Shown here: piece after piece, positions 29,397 to 38,731 of the stretch
Layout: each line of letters begins with the position of its first letter
Numbering within the stretch: the stretch's first letter is position 1
Source of the DNA: an uncultured Chitinophagaceae bacterium
GTDB lineage: Bacteria > Bacteroidota > Ignavibacteria > UBA10030 > UBA8401
DNA: 64,000 bases
NCBI GenBank assembly: GCA_964642725.1
Contig: CAZXQG010000005.1
Span: 16,597 to 80,596 of the forward strand
Reading direction: 5' to 3'
Program-made: the position numbers and the translations under genes
Notes under the pieces: generated by a model
Databases searched by the model: none
What the model saw: only the letters and a program-made list of their open reading frames with translations
Told to the model about the DNA's origin: nothing

Positions 29397-30668
29397 ATGG
29401 ACGGTGAAGTCATCACCATTGGCGACGAGCTTCTCATCGGTCAAGTCATTAACACAAATCAGGCGTACATTGCCGAAAAGCTCAACACCGTAGGAGTGTT
29501 CGTCGAACGAATGACGACAGTCGGCGACAACCGGGTAGATATTCTTCGGGCGTTCCGCTCGGCGTGGGAAATGTACGACGTTGTGTGCGTTACCGGCGGA
29601 CTCGGGCCGACGCATGATGATATCACAAAAAAACTTGTTTGCGAATTTTTCACAACCGACCTGGTGAGAAACGAAGCTGTCTTTAACGACGTCAAAGCTC
29701 TTTTCGCAAAACGCAACATGGCATGGACAGCATCGGCAGAGGGGCAGGTGCTTGTTCCGCGCACATGCAAAGTCCTTCGCAACAGCAGCGGCACGGCACC
29801 GGGAATGCTTTTTGAAGAAGCAGGCAAAGAGGGAAAAAAATACTTTGTTGTGATGCCGGGAGTCCCCTTCGAAATGAAAAGCATTATGGACGAAGAGCTT
29901 CTCCCCTACTTTGAAAAAGAGCATTTCGGCACGGTCGTTCGTCATCGCACACTGAAGACAACCGGCATCGGAGAATCAACACTGGCCGCAGAAATTGGAA
30001 GTATCGATGAAGTGATCGGAACAGACGGAACCACAACACTTGCATTTCTCCCTAATCCTCTCGGCACGAAAGTGCGCATCACCGTTCGGGATAACTCCGT
30101 CGAAGCCGCAGAACGGAAATTAACGGCGGCTGAACAAAAACTGAGGACGCATGCGCAACAATACATCTACAGCTCGAACGAAATGGAACTTGAAGATGTC
30201 GTCGGAGCACTTCTGACAGAGAGAAAACTAACGATTGCCGTCGCCGAATCGTGCACAGGGGGATTGATCGCGCACCGCATTACAAACGTCTCCGGAAGTT
30301 CAAATTACTTCAAACGTGCCTTCGTCACGTATTCGAACGAGTCGAAGATTGAGACGCTGTCCGTTGCGAAAGAGCTGATCGAGCAACACGGAGCAGTGAG
30401 CTGTGAAGTTGCGTCGGCGATGGCAGCAGGAGCACGAAAGAATGCCGATGTTGACATCGCGCTTTCAACCACAGGAATTGCCGGACCAACCGGGGGAACG
30501 CCGGAAAAGCCGGTCGGTTTAGTGTGGATCGGGTATGCCGATTCAAAAGACTCCCTCGCCTTGAAATTCAATTTTAACGACCATCGCCTTCGATTCAAAG
30601 AGCGGGCGTCACAGGCCGCCCTTGAGCTGCTGAGAAGAAAGTTGTTAAAACTTGAAATTCGAAAATAG
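29397..30668 (+). CDS. cinA: CinA family protein (MoCF-binding domain plus nicotinamide-nucleotide amidohydrolase PncC domain)
   Basis: Family N-terminus 'MDGEVITIGDELLIGQVINTNQAYIA'; 'VTGGLGPTHDDITK'; C-terminal 'AVAESCTGGLIA...STTGIAGPTGG'. The track ORF start at 28938 is an out-of-family extension. Confidence 0.88.
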   Translation: MDGEVITIGDELLIGQVINTNQAYIAEKLNTVGVFVERMTTVGDNRVDILRAFRSAWEMYDVVCVTGGLGPTHDDITKKLVCEFFTTDLVRNEAVFNDVKALFAKRNMAWTASAEGQVLVPRTCKVLRNSSGTAPGMLFEEAGKEGKKYFVVMPGVPFEMKSIMDEELLPYFEKEHFGTVVRHRTLKTTGIGESTLAAEIGSIDEVIGTDGTTTLAFLPNPLGTKVRITVRDNSVEAAERKLTAAEQKLRTHAQQYIYSSNEMELEDVVGALLTERKLTIAVAESCTGGLIAHRITNVSGSSNYFKRAFVTYSNESKIETLSVAKELIEQHGAVSCEVASAMAAGARKNADVDIALSTTGIAGPTGGTPEKPVGLVWIGYADSKDSLALKFNFNDHRLRFKERASQAALELLRRKLLKLEIRK

Positions 30669-30674
30669 CCCCCG

Positions 30675-31241
30675 ATGAAAGGCATGCGGACGTTCATTGG
30701 CATTTTCCCCCCTCCCCACATTCAATCGGCTATAGCAGAAATTCAATCGTCGCTCAAAATCGACGATTCCGGAATTCGCTGGGAAGATCAAAAAAAATTT
30801 CACGTAACAATGAAGTTTTTAGGCAACGTGCCGCAGGATCAACTTCATCAGCTTTACATTGTATTGGAACGGAAGAGCCAATCAATCAGCCGGTTCGAAA
30901 TAACTCTGACAAATGCCGGTTGTTTTCCTACCGCGCGGGCTCCAAAGACAGTGTGGATCGGCTCTTGGATGGATCAAAACATCCTGCTTCAAGACTGTTT
31001 CACGGCTGTCGAAAATGCGTGCGCCTCTGCCGGCTTCAAGAAGGAAGAACGCCGGTTCCATCCCCATATAACGCTCGGCAGGGTAAAAGGAAAAATTTCT
31101 GAAAACTTGATTAAGAAGATTGAAAATACTACCTTTGAACCATTACAATTCCTCTGTACCGAGTTGCTCATCATGAAAAGCGACCTCTCCCCCTCGGGTT
31201 CAGCATATTCACAACTATCCAGTATTCCATTGAAACAATAG
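30675..31241 (+). CDS. thpR: RNA 2',3'-cyclic phosphodiesterase (2H family, ThpR/LigT)
   Basis: 188 aa with the two H-x-T motifs 'HVTMKFLG' and 'HITLGRV'. Confidence 0.85.
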   Translation: MKGMRTFIGIFPPPHIQSAIAEIQSSLKIDDSGIRWEDQKKFHVTMKFLGNVPQDQLHQLYIVLERKSQSISRFEITLTNAGCFPTARAPKTVWIGSWMDQNILLQDCFTAVENACASAGFKKEERRFHPHITLGRVKGKISENLIKKIENTTFEPLQFLCTELLIMKSDLSPSGSAYSQLSSIPLKQ

Positions 31242-31249
31242 GAGCTTTT

Positions 31250-32329
31250 ATGTCCGAAGAAAAAGAGTCGAAGATCCAGGCGTTGAAAGTCGCCATCGAT
31301 CAAATTGAAAAGCAGCACGGCAAAGGATCGATCATGAAACTGGGCGAAGGGCCCATCGTGAAGATTGATTTCATTCCGACCGGCTCGATTTCGCTTGATG
31401 CTGCGCTGGGCATCGGCGGAATTCCCCGCGGGAGAGTAACCGAAATTTACGGACCGGAATCGTCCGGTAAGACGACGCTCTGCCTTCACATCATCGCAGA
31501 AGCGCAAAAGACGGGCGGGCTCGCAGCGTTCATCGATGCCGAACACGCGCTCGACACGGCGTACGCAAAGCGCCTCGGCGTCGATACAAATAATTTATTG
31601 TTGTCGCAGCCCGAGTTTGGCGAGCAGGCTCTTGAGATCGTCGAAACGCTCGTCCGAAGCGGCGCGTTGGATGTCGTTGTCATCGATTCTGTCGCAGCGT
31701 TAACGCCGCGCGCGGAGATCGAAGGAGAAATGGGCGACCCCTCAATGGGCGTGCAGGCACGCTTAATGTCCCAGGCGCTAAGGAAACTGACTGCAGCCAT
31801 CAGCAAATCGAAAACATCCGTCATTTTCACCAACCAGCTCAGGATGAAGATTGGCATTATGTTTGGAAACCCTGAAACGACAACCGGCGGCAATGCATTG
31901 AAGTTTTACGCATCGGTTCGGCTCGACGTGAGGCGCATCGAAGCGCTGAAAGACGGCACAAACGTTATCGGCAACAGGACAAAAGTAAAAGTCGTAAAAA
32001 ATAAAGTTGCCCCGCCATTCCGAGAGGCACAGTTTGATATTCTGTACAACGAAGGAATCTCAAAACTCGGAGATTTGATCGATATCGCCGTCGAGCACAA
32101 CATCATCGTAAAAAGCGGGTCATGGTTCTCCTATAAAGAAGACCGCATCGGGCAGGGACGCGATGCCGTAAAGGCGTACCTGACAGCGTCTCCAAAAATC
32201 GCCGAGGAAATTTTTATTGCTGTCCGTAAAAAATTGGGAATGATTCCAGACACCGATACGGCAGCGCCGGCGAAGCAGGCTCCGGCAAAACAAGCCGAGC
32301 AGGCATCCCCGAAAAAGGCAGCGAAATAG
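31250..32329 (+). CDS. recA: recombinase RecA
   Basis: 359 aa; '[17 protein letters not shown]', '[10 protein letters not shown]', 'VVIDSVAAL', '[37 protein letters not shown]'. Confidence 0.98.
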   Translation: MSEEKESKIQALKVAIDQIEKQHGKGSIMKLGEGPIVKIDFIPTGSISLDAALGIGGIPRGRVTEIYGPESSGKTTLCLHIIAEAQKTGGLAAFIDAEHALDTAYAKRLGVDTNNLLLSQPEFGEQALEIVETLVRSGALDVVVIDSVAALTPRAEIEGEMGDPSMGVQARLMSQALRKLTAAISKSKTSVIFTNQLRMKIGIMFGNPETTTGGNALKFYASVRLDVRRIEALKDGTNVIGNRTKVKVVKNKVAPPFREAQFDILYNEGISKLGDLIDIAVEHNIIVKSGSWFSYKEDRIGQGRDAVKAYLTASPKIAEEIFIAVRKKLGMIPDTDTAAPAKQAPAKQAEQASPKKAAK

Positions 32330-32345
32330 AATCCGTCGAAGCGCG

Positions 32346-32984
32346 ATGCGCATTACGAAAATACAGCGGCAAAAGAAACGAGCGTCGCGGAAGTCGGTGT
32401 TTATCGACGGGAGTTTTGCTTTTGGCGTCAGCGATGATGTGCTTCTTAAATTTGCACTGCACGAAGGGGCTGAACTCGATCAGGGGACAATAGACCAAAT
32501 TCTTGAAACCGAGGACGAAGAGACGGCAAAGCAGAAAACACTTCGGTTTCTCTCCATCCGGCCTCGCAGCAAGAAAGAGATCCGTGACTATTTGTTCAGA
32601 AAAGAATTCTCGGCCGACATCGCAGAAAAAGTCGTCCGGCGGTTAGAAGCACTGAACATGCTCGACGACCTCGCATTCGCGCGCATGGTTTGCCGGGATG
32701 CCATAGCGAAAAAACCGGCTGGTGCGAAATTACTCCGGCAGGGACTAATGAAAAAAGGCGTTCCCGGTCCGATCATAGAATCCGTCCTTCCCGAATTTTC
32801 GACGCCCGAGTTGGAACTCCAAATGGCGCTTAAAGCGGCAGAACGCCAAAGCGTGCGGATCGGACGTTCATCAAAGCAACTCGACAGCGATCATTTTAGA
32901 AAGAAGATAGTCGACTATTTAATACGACGCGGCTTTACATTTGACACTGCATTGAGCGCGACCAGACAACTCCTTTCGAAATAG
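32346..32984 (+). CDS. recX: RecA regulator RecX
   Basis: 212 aa immediately after recA; repeated three-helix 'L..RPRSKKEIRDYL..K' pattern typical of RecX. Confidence 0.8.
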   Translation: MRITKIQRQKKRASRKSVFIDGSFAFGVSDDVLLKFALHEGAELDQGTIDQILETEDEETAKQKTLRFLSIRPRSKKEIRDYLFRKEFSADIAEKVVRRLEALNMLDDLAFARMVCRDAIAKKPAGAKLLRQGLMKKGVPGPIIESVLPEFSTPELELQMALKAAERQSVRIGRSSKQLDSDHFRKKIVDYLIRRGFTFDTALSATRQLLSK

Positions 32985-32986
32985 TT

Positions 32987-34033
32987 ATGCACAAATTCTT
33001 TAGAAGCCGGCACTGGAAAGTTTTTCTCGTTACGTTCGGTATCACCGGATCGATTTTTGCTCTTTCCCTTCTTGGCCAAGTGTTCCTCCTGCTCACGATG
33101 TCGTTTATACTGACGATGGTCCTGAAACCGCTCGTCGATTACCTGGAGAACAACGGAATTCCGAGACCGGCAGGAATTCTTGCAATGTATGTCATCATCG
33201 GCGGAATTCTTGTCTTTGCATTGATCAACGTCTATCCAATTGTTATTCTTCAATTATCAAGCCTCTCTTCGTTGATGAACAGCGAGCATCTTTCGGCATT
33301 GCTGAAACAGATGGCTGCCTCAATCTCGGATAAAATCCCTTTTATCAAAGCAGACATTATTCTCAAGAAGCTGAATACTCTCCTTCCCGAATTAGCCAAA
33401 ACGGCGGAAGATTCCCTGACAAGCGCTCTCAGTCTTGTTGCATCCTTCATTATTGTCCCGTTCATCACATTCTTTCTGCTTAACGATTATTATAAAATGC
33501 AGAAGGCGTTGATTGAAAACGTCCCCAATAAATATTTTGAGATGGCGTTGAACGTCGTTCACACGCTCGATCGTCAAATCAGCAAGTACATTCGCGGCGT
33601 CTGTATCGATTCGCTTGCAGTGGCAATTCTATACATCATCGCATATTACATTATCGGTGTTCAATACGCGACCCTGCTCGGACTGGTAGGTGGAATTGCA
33701 AATATCATCCCGTTGGCAGGGCCTGTTATCGGCGCGATTCCAGTCATGATTGTGTCAATTATTCAATTCGGCGATTTTCGAATGATCATACCGATCGTGA
33801 TTTCAACCGTCGTCGTGCGGCAGCTGGACGATATTTTCGTCCAACCGAACCTCTACGGCAGGCTACTCAACATGCATCCGTTGACGATTCTTATCGTCAT
33901 TCTCTTAGGAGGCGAAATGCTGGGGATTCTGGGAATGGTGCTGGCAATTCCGGTTTACACGGTTATTACGGTAACAGCACGTGAAACAAACTGGGGACTC
34001 AAAAACTATCGGATCACGGAGTCCAATGGATAA
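32987..34033 (+). CDS. AI-2E family transporter (PerM/UPF0118), copy 1
   Basis: 348 aa polytopic protein; 'NIIPLAGPVIGAIP', 'QQLD..FVQPNLYG', 'GILGMVLAIPVY'. Confidence 0.8.
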   Translation: MHKFFRSRHWKVFLVTFGITGSIFALSLLGQVFLLLTMSFILTMVLKPLVDYLENNGIPRPAGILAMYVIIGGILVFALINVYPIVILQLSSLSSLMNSEHLSALLKQMAASISDKIPFIKADIILKKLNTLLPELAKTAEDSLTSALSLVASFIIVPFITFFLLNDYYKMQKALIENVPNKYFEMALNVVHTLDRQISKYIRGVCIDSLAVAILYIIAYYIIGVQYATLLGLVGGIANIIPLAGPVIGAIPVMIVSIIQFGDFRMIIPIVISTVVVRQLDDIFVQPNLYGRLLNMHPLTILIVILLGGEMLGILGMVLAIPVYTVITVTARETNWGLKNYRITESNG

Positions 34034-35066
34034 TTTTTTTACAAGCCGGTATTGGAAAGTATTTGTCGTTACTTTCGCCATCGCTGCGCCGATATTTATC
34101 CTCTCGCTGTTCGGAGAAATTTTTCTTCTCCTTGTGCTGTCGCTTGCCATGACGATGATCCTGAAACCCCTTGTTGATTTCTTTGAAAAAAAAGGTTTAC
34201 CCCGGGCCGTCGGAATACTTGTCCTCTATCTTGTTATCGGTTCTCTATCGTTCGGCGGCTTCCTGACGGTATATCCCGTTATCGTGCGTCAGATTACAAA
34301 TATTGCAGTGTTCGTAACAGGAGACCGCCTCAACCTTGTGTTAAACCAGCTCAGTTCATCGATAACAGGGAGTCTCCCTTTTCTCAAATCAAGCGATTTA
34401 ATGACAAAAATTGAGACAACGCTCCCTGTCCTTGCAACCAAGGCCGAAGGCGCAATGACAAGCGCACTCGGCATAGCCGGATCGTTCATCATTGTCCCGT
34501 TCATAACCTTCTTCTTGCTGAACGACTATGACCGAATGCAGAAAGCGTTCATCGAAAACATACCGAACAAATATTTCGAAATGTCGCTGAATGTGATCTA
34601 TAAACTCGAACAACAACTCGGCAAGTACATCAGGGGAGTGTGCATCGAATTGATGTCCGTAGCACTCCTCTACATCGGCGCATATTCGATCCTTGGGTTT
34701 CGATACGCCATAATTTTTGGCATGGTGTGCGGATTCTCGAATATTATTCCGATGGCCGGCCCATTGATCGCCGCGGTACCAATCATCGTCGCCTCGCTGA
34801 TTCAGTTTGGCGACTTTCGCATGCTGCTTCCGATCGTTCTCACGACATTCGTCGTTCAGCAAATCGACCAAATGTTTATCCAGCCGAACGTGTACGGGAA
34901 AATCCTGGATATGCATCCTTTGACTATCGTGCTTACCATCCTTATCGGCAGCGAGTTGCTCGGAATACTCGGGATGGTGCTTGCAATTCCGATCTTCACC
35001 GTTATCAAAGTTACTGCTCGAGAAACTAACTGGGGGTTAAAACATTATAGGATCACACGCTCATGA
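34026..35066 (+). CDS. AI-2E family transporter (PerM/UPF0118), copy 2 (tandem paralog)
   Basis: Start at ATG 34026 gives 'MDNFFTSRYWKVF', parallel to 'MHKFFRSRHWKVF' in copy 1. Collinear similarity over the full length; 8-nt overlap with copy 1. Confidence 0.8.
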   Translation: MDNFFTSRYWKVFVVTFAIAAPIFILSLFGEIFLLLVLSLAMTMILKPLVDFFEKKGLPRAVGILVLYLVIGSLSFGGFLTVYPVIVRQITNIAVFVTGDRLNLVLNQLSSSITGSLPFLKSSDLMTKIETTLPVLATKAEGAMTSALGIAGSFIIVPFITFFLLNDYDRMQKAFIENIPNKYFEMSLNVIYKLEQQLGKYIRGVCIELMSVALLYIGAYSILGFRYAIIFGMVCGFSNIIPMAGPLIAAVPIIVASLIQFGDFRMLLPIVLTTFVVQQIDQMFIQPNVYGKILDMHPLTIVLTILIGSELLGILGMVLAIPIFTVIKVTARETNWGLKHYRITRS

Positions 35067-35746
35067 CACGCGTCGTCTTTGATATCGAAACGCTTGCCCT
35101 CCCGCTCGATTCGTTCGACCAACCGACGCGGGAATATCTTTTTAAGTTCGCCGACACGGAGGAAAAAATTGAAGAAGCAAAACAGAACTTGAACCTTCAC
35201 GCGCTCACTTCTCAGATTGTGGCAATTGCTCTTTTGAATCCGGATACAAACATGGGGAAAGTGCTCTTTCAATCGGATTCAAAAGAAGAGTTCACCGCTG
35301 CGGACGGCCTTGTGCAATACAAATCCGGATCGGAAAAAGAAATCCTCGAAGCGTTCTGGAAACTGATTGCATCATACCACCAATTCATTACCTTCAACGG
35401 CCGGGGATTCGATTGTCCCTTCCTGATGGTCCGATCGGCGCTCTTAAACGTCCAGCCGACACGAAACCTTGTTCCCTACCGGTACGATGCGAGTCAGCAC
35501 TGCGACCTTTTGGAACAGCTCACGTACTACAATACTACGCGCAGATTCAGCCTTGATTTTTATTGCAAATCGTTCGGCATCGACAGTCCGAAAGCTCACG
35601 GGATCACCGGGCTTGATATGGGAAAGCTGGTCGAAGAAAAGCGATTTCATGACATTGCTGAGTATTGCCTCGGCGACGCCCGGGCAACAGCGGAGTTGTT
35701 CAGACGATGGAGTCAATACCTCGACTTTAGCAAAAATAGTTCTTGA
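35063..35746 (+). CDS. RNase H-fold 3'-5' exonuclease (PolB-exonuclease-like, COG3298-type)
   Basis: 227 aa; 'VVFDIETLALP' (ExoI D-x-E), 'ITFNGRGFDCPFL' (ExoII), 'YCLGDARAT' (ExoIII). 4-nt overlap with the upstream gene. Confidence 0.65.
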   Translation: MTRVVFDIETLALPLDSFDQPTREYLFKFADTEEKIEEAKQNLNLHALTSQIVAIALLNPDTNMGKVLFQSDSKEEFTAADGLVQYKSGSEKEILEAFWKLIASYHQFITFNGRGFDCPFLMVRSALLNVQPTRNLVPYRYDASQHCDLLEQLTYYNTTRRFSLDFYCKSFGIDSPKAHGITGLDMGKLVEEKRFHDIAEYCLGDARATAELFRRWSQYLDFSKNSS

Positions 35747-35771
35747 CAGGAGCAACTTTTTTTGTTAGTTT
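35743..35771 (+). promoter_or_regulatory. putative ars operon promoter
   Basis: TTGACA-17 nt-TAGTTT, immediately upstream of the first ATCAA-N6-TTGAT palindrome. Confidence 0.35.
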
Positions 35772-35776
35772 TACGT

Positions 35777-35792
35777 ATCAAACTTAGTTGAT
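35777..35792. promoter_or_regulatory. candidate ArsR operator 1 (ATCAA-N6-TTGAT)
   Basis: Palindrome tATCAAacttagTTGATg between the putative -10 box and the arsR ATG (35802). Confidence 0.5.
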
Positions 35793-35801
35793 GGATAAAG
35801 T

Positions 35802-36146
35802 ATGGTCGAAGTAACCACAGCACTTAAAGCGTTGTCAGAAGAAATTCGAATCAGGCTGCTCCTCGTACTATTACATGAGGAAGCGTGCGTCTGCGAACTC
35901 ATGGCAACGTTTAATATGGCTCAGTCAAAGCTCTCTCATCATTTGATTGCTCTTCGCGATGCTGGATTCATCAAAGATGAAAAAAGAGGAAAATGGAATT
36001 ACTATCGGATCGATACGAACAGCCTCGACCCGATGAAAAAAGAACTTCTCTCTTCACTCACTGGCTGGGTTGACGATGATTCGATCATTGAGAAAGATCG
36101 ATTGACGCTCGAAAAAGTAAAGAACAAAATGCAGATCTGCTGCTAA
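35802..36146 (+). CDS. arsR: ArsR/SmtB family metalloregulator
   Basis: 114 aa; 'EACVCELMATFNMAQSKLSHHLIALRDAGF', the metal-binding CVC motif plus a wHTH. Confidence 0.85.
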   Translation: MVEVTTALKALSEEIRIRLLLVLLHEEACVCELMATFNMAQSKLSHHLIALRDAGFIKDEKRGKWNYYRIDTNSLDPMKKELLSSLTGWVDDDSIIEKDRLTLEKVKNKMQICC

Positions 36147-36163
36147 TTTTTTTGAATTAACAT

Positions 36164-36179
36164 ATCAACAATAATTGAT
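36164..36179. promoter_or_regulatory. candidate ArsR operator 2 (ATCAA-N6-TTGAT)
   Basis: tATCAAcaataaTTGATg, with the same half-sites and spacing as operator 1, 16 nt upstream of the arsM ATG. Confidence 0.45.
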
Positions 36180-36194
36180 GAAAGGATTTTCCTC

Positions 36195-36974
36195 ATGAAT
36201 ACCGACCTGGAAATTAAAGAAAACGTTAAGGAGAAGTATTCACAGATAGCAAAGGGCCAGATTTCTGTTATTGCCACGAAAACTTCCTCCTGCGGTTCGG
36301 GGCAGAGTTCTTGCTGCGGAACCGGCTCCGAATCCCTGGTGCAGATGTCGTTGGACTACCATCCAGAGGATCTTTCAAACTTGCCGGAAGGGGCTGACTT
36401 GGGGCTTGGCTGCGGTGTTCCGACTGCGTTTGCTGATTTGAAAGAGGGGTATACGGTTCTTGACCTCGGTTCCGGCGCCGGCATTGATGTATTCATCGCG
36501 GCCCGGCATGTTGGCATTACTGGAAAGGCCATCGGCGTCGATATGACAGAGGCAATGATCGATAAGGCAAAAATCAACGCGAAGAAAATCAATGCAACAA
36601 ACGTCGAATTCCGGCTCGGCGAAATCGAGGCATTGCCGGTTGAAAACGCTTCTGTTGACCGCGTCATCAGTAACTGCGTGATCAATCTTGTGCCAAACAA
36701 GGAGAACGCATTCCGGGAAATCTATCGCGTCCTGAAACCGGGAGGCAAATTCACCGTGTCCGATATCGTTGTTGATGGCGCCATTTCCGTGGAAGAAAGA
36801 AACAACGCCGCATTGTGGGCAGGATGTATCAGCGGGGCGATCGACAGAAACGAATACATCGCGATCATTAAAAACGCGGGTTTCAAGAATGTTGACATCG
36901 TCTCTGAAAAACATTACGATTACAAGCTCGACAATGCGCGTTTGAATTCGATAACCATTTCCGGGACAAAATGA
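36195..36974 (+). CDS. arsM: arsenite S-adenosylmethionine methyltransferase
   Basis: SAM motif 'VLDLGSGAGIDVF'. Cys residues at the positions recalled for ArsM: 'SSCGSGQSSCCG', 'GLGCGVP', 'SNCVINL', 'WAGCISGA'. Confidence 0.85.
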   Translation: MNTDLEIKENVKEKYSQIAKGQISVIATKTSSCGSGQSSCCGTGSESLVQMSLDYHPEDLSNLPEGADLGLGCGVPTAFADLKEGYTVLDLGSGAGIDVFIAARHVGITGKAIGVDMTEAMIDKAKINAKKINATNVEFRLGEIEALPVENASVDRVISNCVINLVPNKENAFREIYRVLKPGGKFTVSDIVVDGAISVEERNNAALWAGCISGAIDRNEYIAIIKNAGFKNVDIVSEKHYDYKLDNARLNSITISGTK

Positions 36975-37402
36975 AACCGAAGATTCTCATTCTCTGCACT
37001 GGCAATTCCTGCCGAAGTCAAATGGCCGAGGGATTTCTGAAGTCATTGGATCCTTCACTTCATGTCTTTTCAGCGGGAACCAACCCCGCGGCGCGCGTCC
37101 ATCCGCTCGCCTCAAAAGTGATGAAAGAAGTCGGTATAGACATCGGCGGCAATAAACCAAAGGATGTCGAGGAGTTTATCAACGATTCTTTCGATTACGT
37201 AATTACAGTTTGCGATAATGCGAAAGAAACATGCCCTGTCTTCATTGGAAAGGTTCATCATAGATTACATATGGGATTCGACGATCCTGCTGAAGCCGTC
37301 GGAACGGAAGAAGAAGTTGCGGCTGTGTTCCGGCGTGTTCGTGATGAAATAAGAAAAACGTTCACCAGATTCAATGAACAGAAGATCACAAAGGCATCAT
37401 AG
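36971..37402 (+). CDS. arsC: arsenate reductase, LMW-PTP / thioredoxin-coupled type
   Basis: 'ILILCTGNSCRSQMAEG' P-loop and 'VITVCDNAKETCPVF' (Cys82/Cys89-type pair). ATGA overlap with arsM. Confidence 0.88.
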   Translation: MKPKILILCTGNSCRSQMAEGFLKSLDPSLHVFSAGTNPAARVHPLASKVMKEVGIDIGGNKPKDVEEFINDSFDYVITVCDNAKETCPVFIGKVHHRLHMGFDDPAEAVGTEEEVAAVFRRVRDEIRKTFTRFNEQKITKAS

Positions 37403-37499
37403 AGCAATTTGACAATCCATCATTAACAACATTAACAACGGAAGGCCCTTTGGGAAAGAAACAATTCTGTTTGCTTGCGTCCACATAGGATAAGAACTC

Positions 37500-38537
37500 A
37501 TGGACAACATACGCAAGCAACTCTCACTGATTGATCGATACCTGACGCTTTGGATTTTTCTAGCCATGGGCTTAGGTGTCGGGCTTGGATCATCGTTGCC
37601 CCGCATAGCGGATTTCTGGGACTCGTTAAGCTCCGGAACAACAAACATTCCGATCGCTATCGGGCTCATCCTGATGATGTATCCGCCCCTGGCGAAAGTA
37701 AAGTACGAAGAACTCGGCGATGTGTTCAAGAATAGAAAAGTGCTTCTCCTCTCGCTTATTCAAAATTGGCTCGTCGGCCCGGTGTTAATGTTTCTTCTCG
37801 CAATAATATTTCTGCATGGATATCCAGAATTCATGGCCGGACTGATCATAATTGGCCTGGCTCGCTGCATTGCCATGGTCATTGTATGGAACGAACTCGC
37901 TCAAGGCGATACGGAATACGCTGCAGGCCTTGTCGCGTTCAATTCGATCTTTCAAGTTCTTTTCTTCCCTCTGTATGCCTACTTGTTTCTGACGATCTTC
38001 CCTTCGTGGTTTGGGCTGCAGACATTCGTCGTCAATATCACCATCACCCAAATTGCAAAGAGTGTTTTCATCTATCTCGGCATTCCATTCTTAGCCGGAA
38101 TGATCACGCGATTCATACTGCTGAAACTGAAAAGTAAAGAGTGGTATCAAGAAACATTCATACCGAGAATTTCTCCCATCACGCTTATCGCTCTTTTGTT
38201 CACGATCGTTGTGATGTTCTCTCTCAAAGGAGAATACATACTTAAAATTCCGCTTGACGTTGTTCGCATTGCGATCCCCCTTATTGTCTATTTCGTCACA
38301 ATGTTCGGCATTTCATTCTATCTTGGGAGAAAGAGCGGGGCGGGATACGCAAAGTCAGCGACGCTATCTTTCACAGCAGCAAGTAATAATTTTGAATTAG
38401 CGATCGCTGTTTCTATTGCCGTATTTGGAATTCATTCCGGTGTGGCATTTGCAGCGGTGATTGGTCCCTTGGTTGAAGTGCCGGTGTTGATATCGCTTGT
38501 AAACGTGTCGTTGAGATTGAAGAAGAAATATTATTAA
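37500..38537 (+). CDS. acr3: ACR3 family arsenite efflux transporter
   Basis: 345 aa, about 10 TM segments; '[18 protein letters not shown]', '[13 protein letters not shown]', '[12 protein letters not shown]'. Confidence 0.9.
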   Translation: MDNIRKQLSLIDRYLTLWIFLAMGLGVGLGSSLPRIADFWDSLSSGTTNIPIAIGLILMMYPPLAKVKYEELGDVFKNRKVLLLSLIQNWLVGPVLMFLLAIIFLHGYPEFMAGLIIIGLARCIAMVIVWNELAQGDTEYAAGLVAFNSIFQVLFFPLYAYLFLTIFPSWFGLQTFVVNITITQIAKSVFIYLGIPFLAGMITRFILLKLKSKEWYQETFIPRISPITLIALLFTIVVMFSLKGEYILKIPLDVVRIAIPLIVYFVTMFGISFYLGRKSGAGYAKSATLSFTAASNNFELAIAVSIAVFGIHSGVAFAAVIGPLVEVPVLISLVNVSLRLKKKYY

Positions 38538-38679
38538 CATGACAATTGTCCACTCGCACACTCAGTCTTCTCTTCTGCGGTAAGCTGCATGCCTTCGCAG
38601 TATGGCAATTCTTCCCTTTCACTCTGTGCAATCTTAATAACCAGGATGATACAATAAGAAAAATTCATAAACTCTCAAA

Positions 38680-38715
38680 CAAAAAAGCCTCTCATAGACT
38701 GAGAGGCTTTTTGTT
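38680..38715. terminator. bidirectional rho-independent terminator (bioY and ars side)
   Basis: A6-AGCCTCTCA-TAGAC-TGAGAGGCT-T5GT4; 17 nt after the bioY stop and about 145 nt after the acr3 stop. Confidence 0.7.
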
Positions 38716-38731
38716 TTGCCAAAGAGCTTTT

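Noticed and set aside
38534-38668. 44-aa Cys-containing minus-strand ORF ([44 protein letters not shown]) between acr3 and the bioY terminator
   Set aside because: It lies directly downstream of the bioY terminator and has only a weak GAGAG box and no promoter. Its stop overlaps the acr3 stop. I recognise no family. It is not excluded, but it is unsupported.
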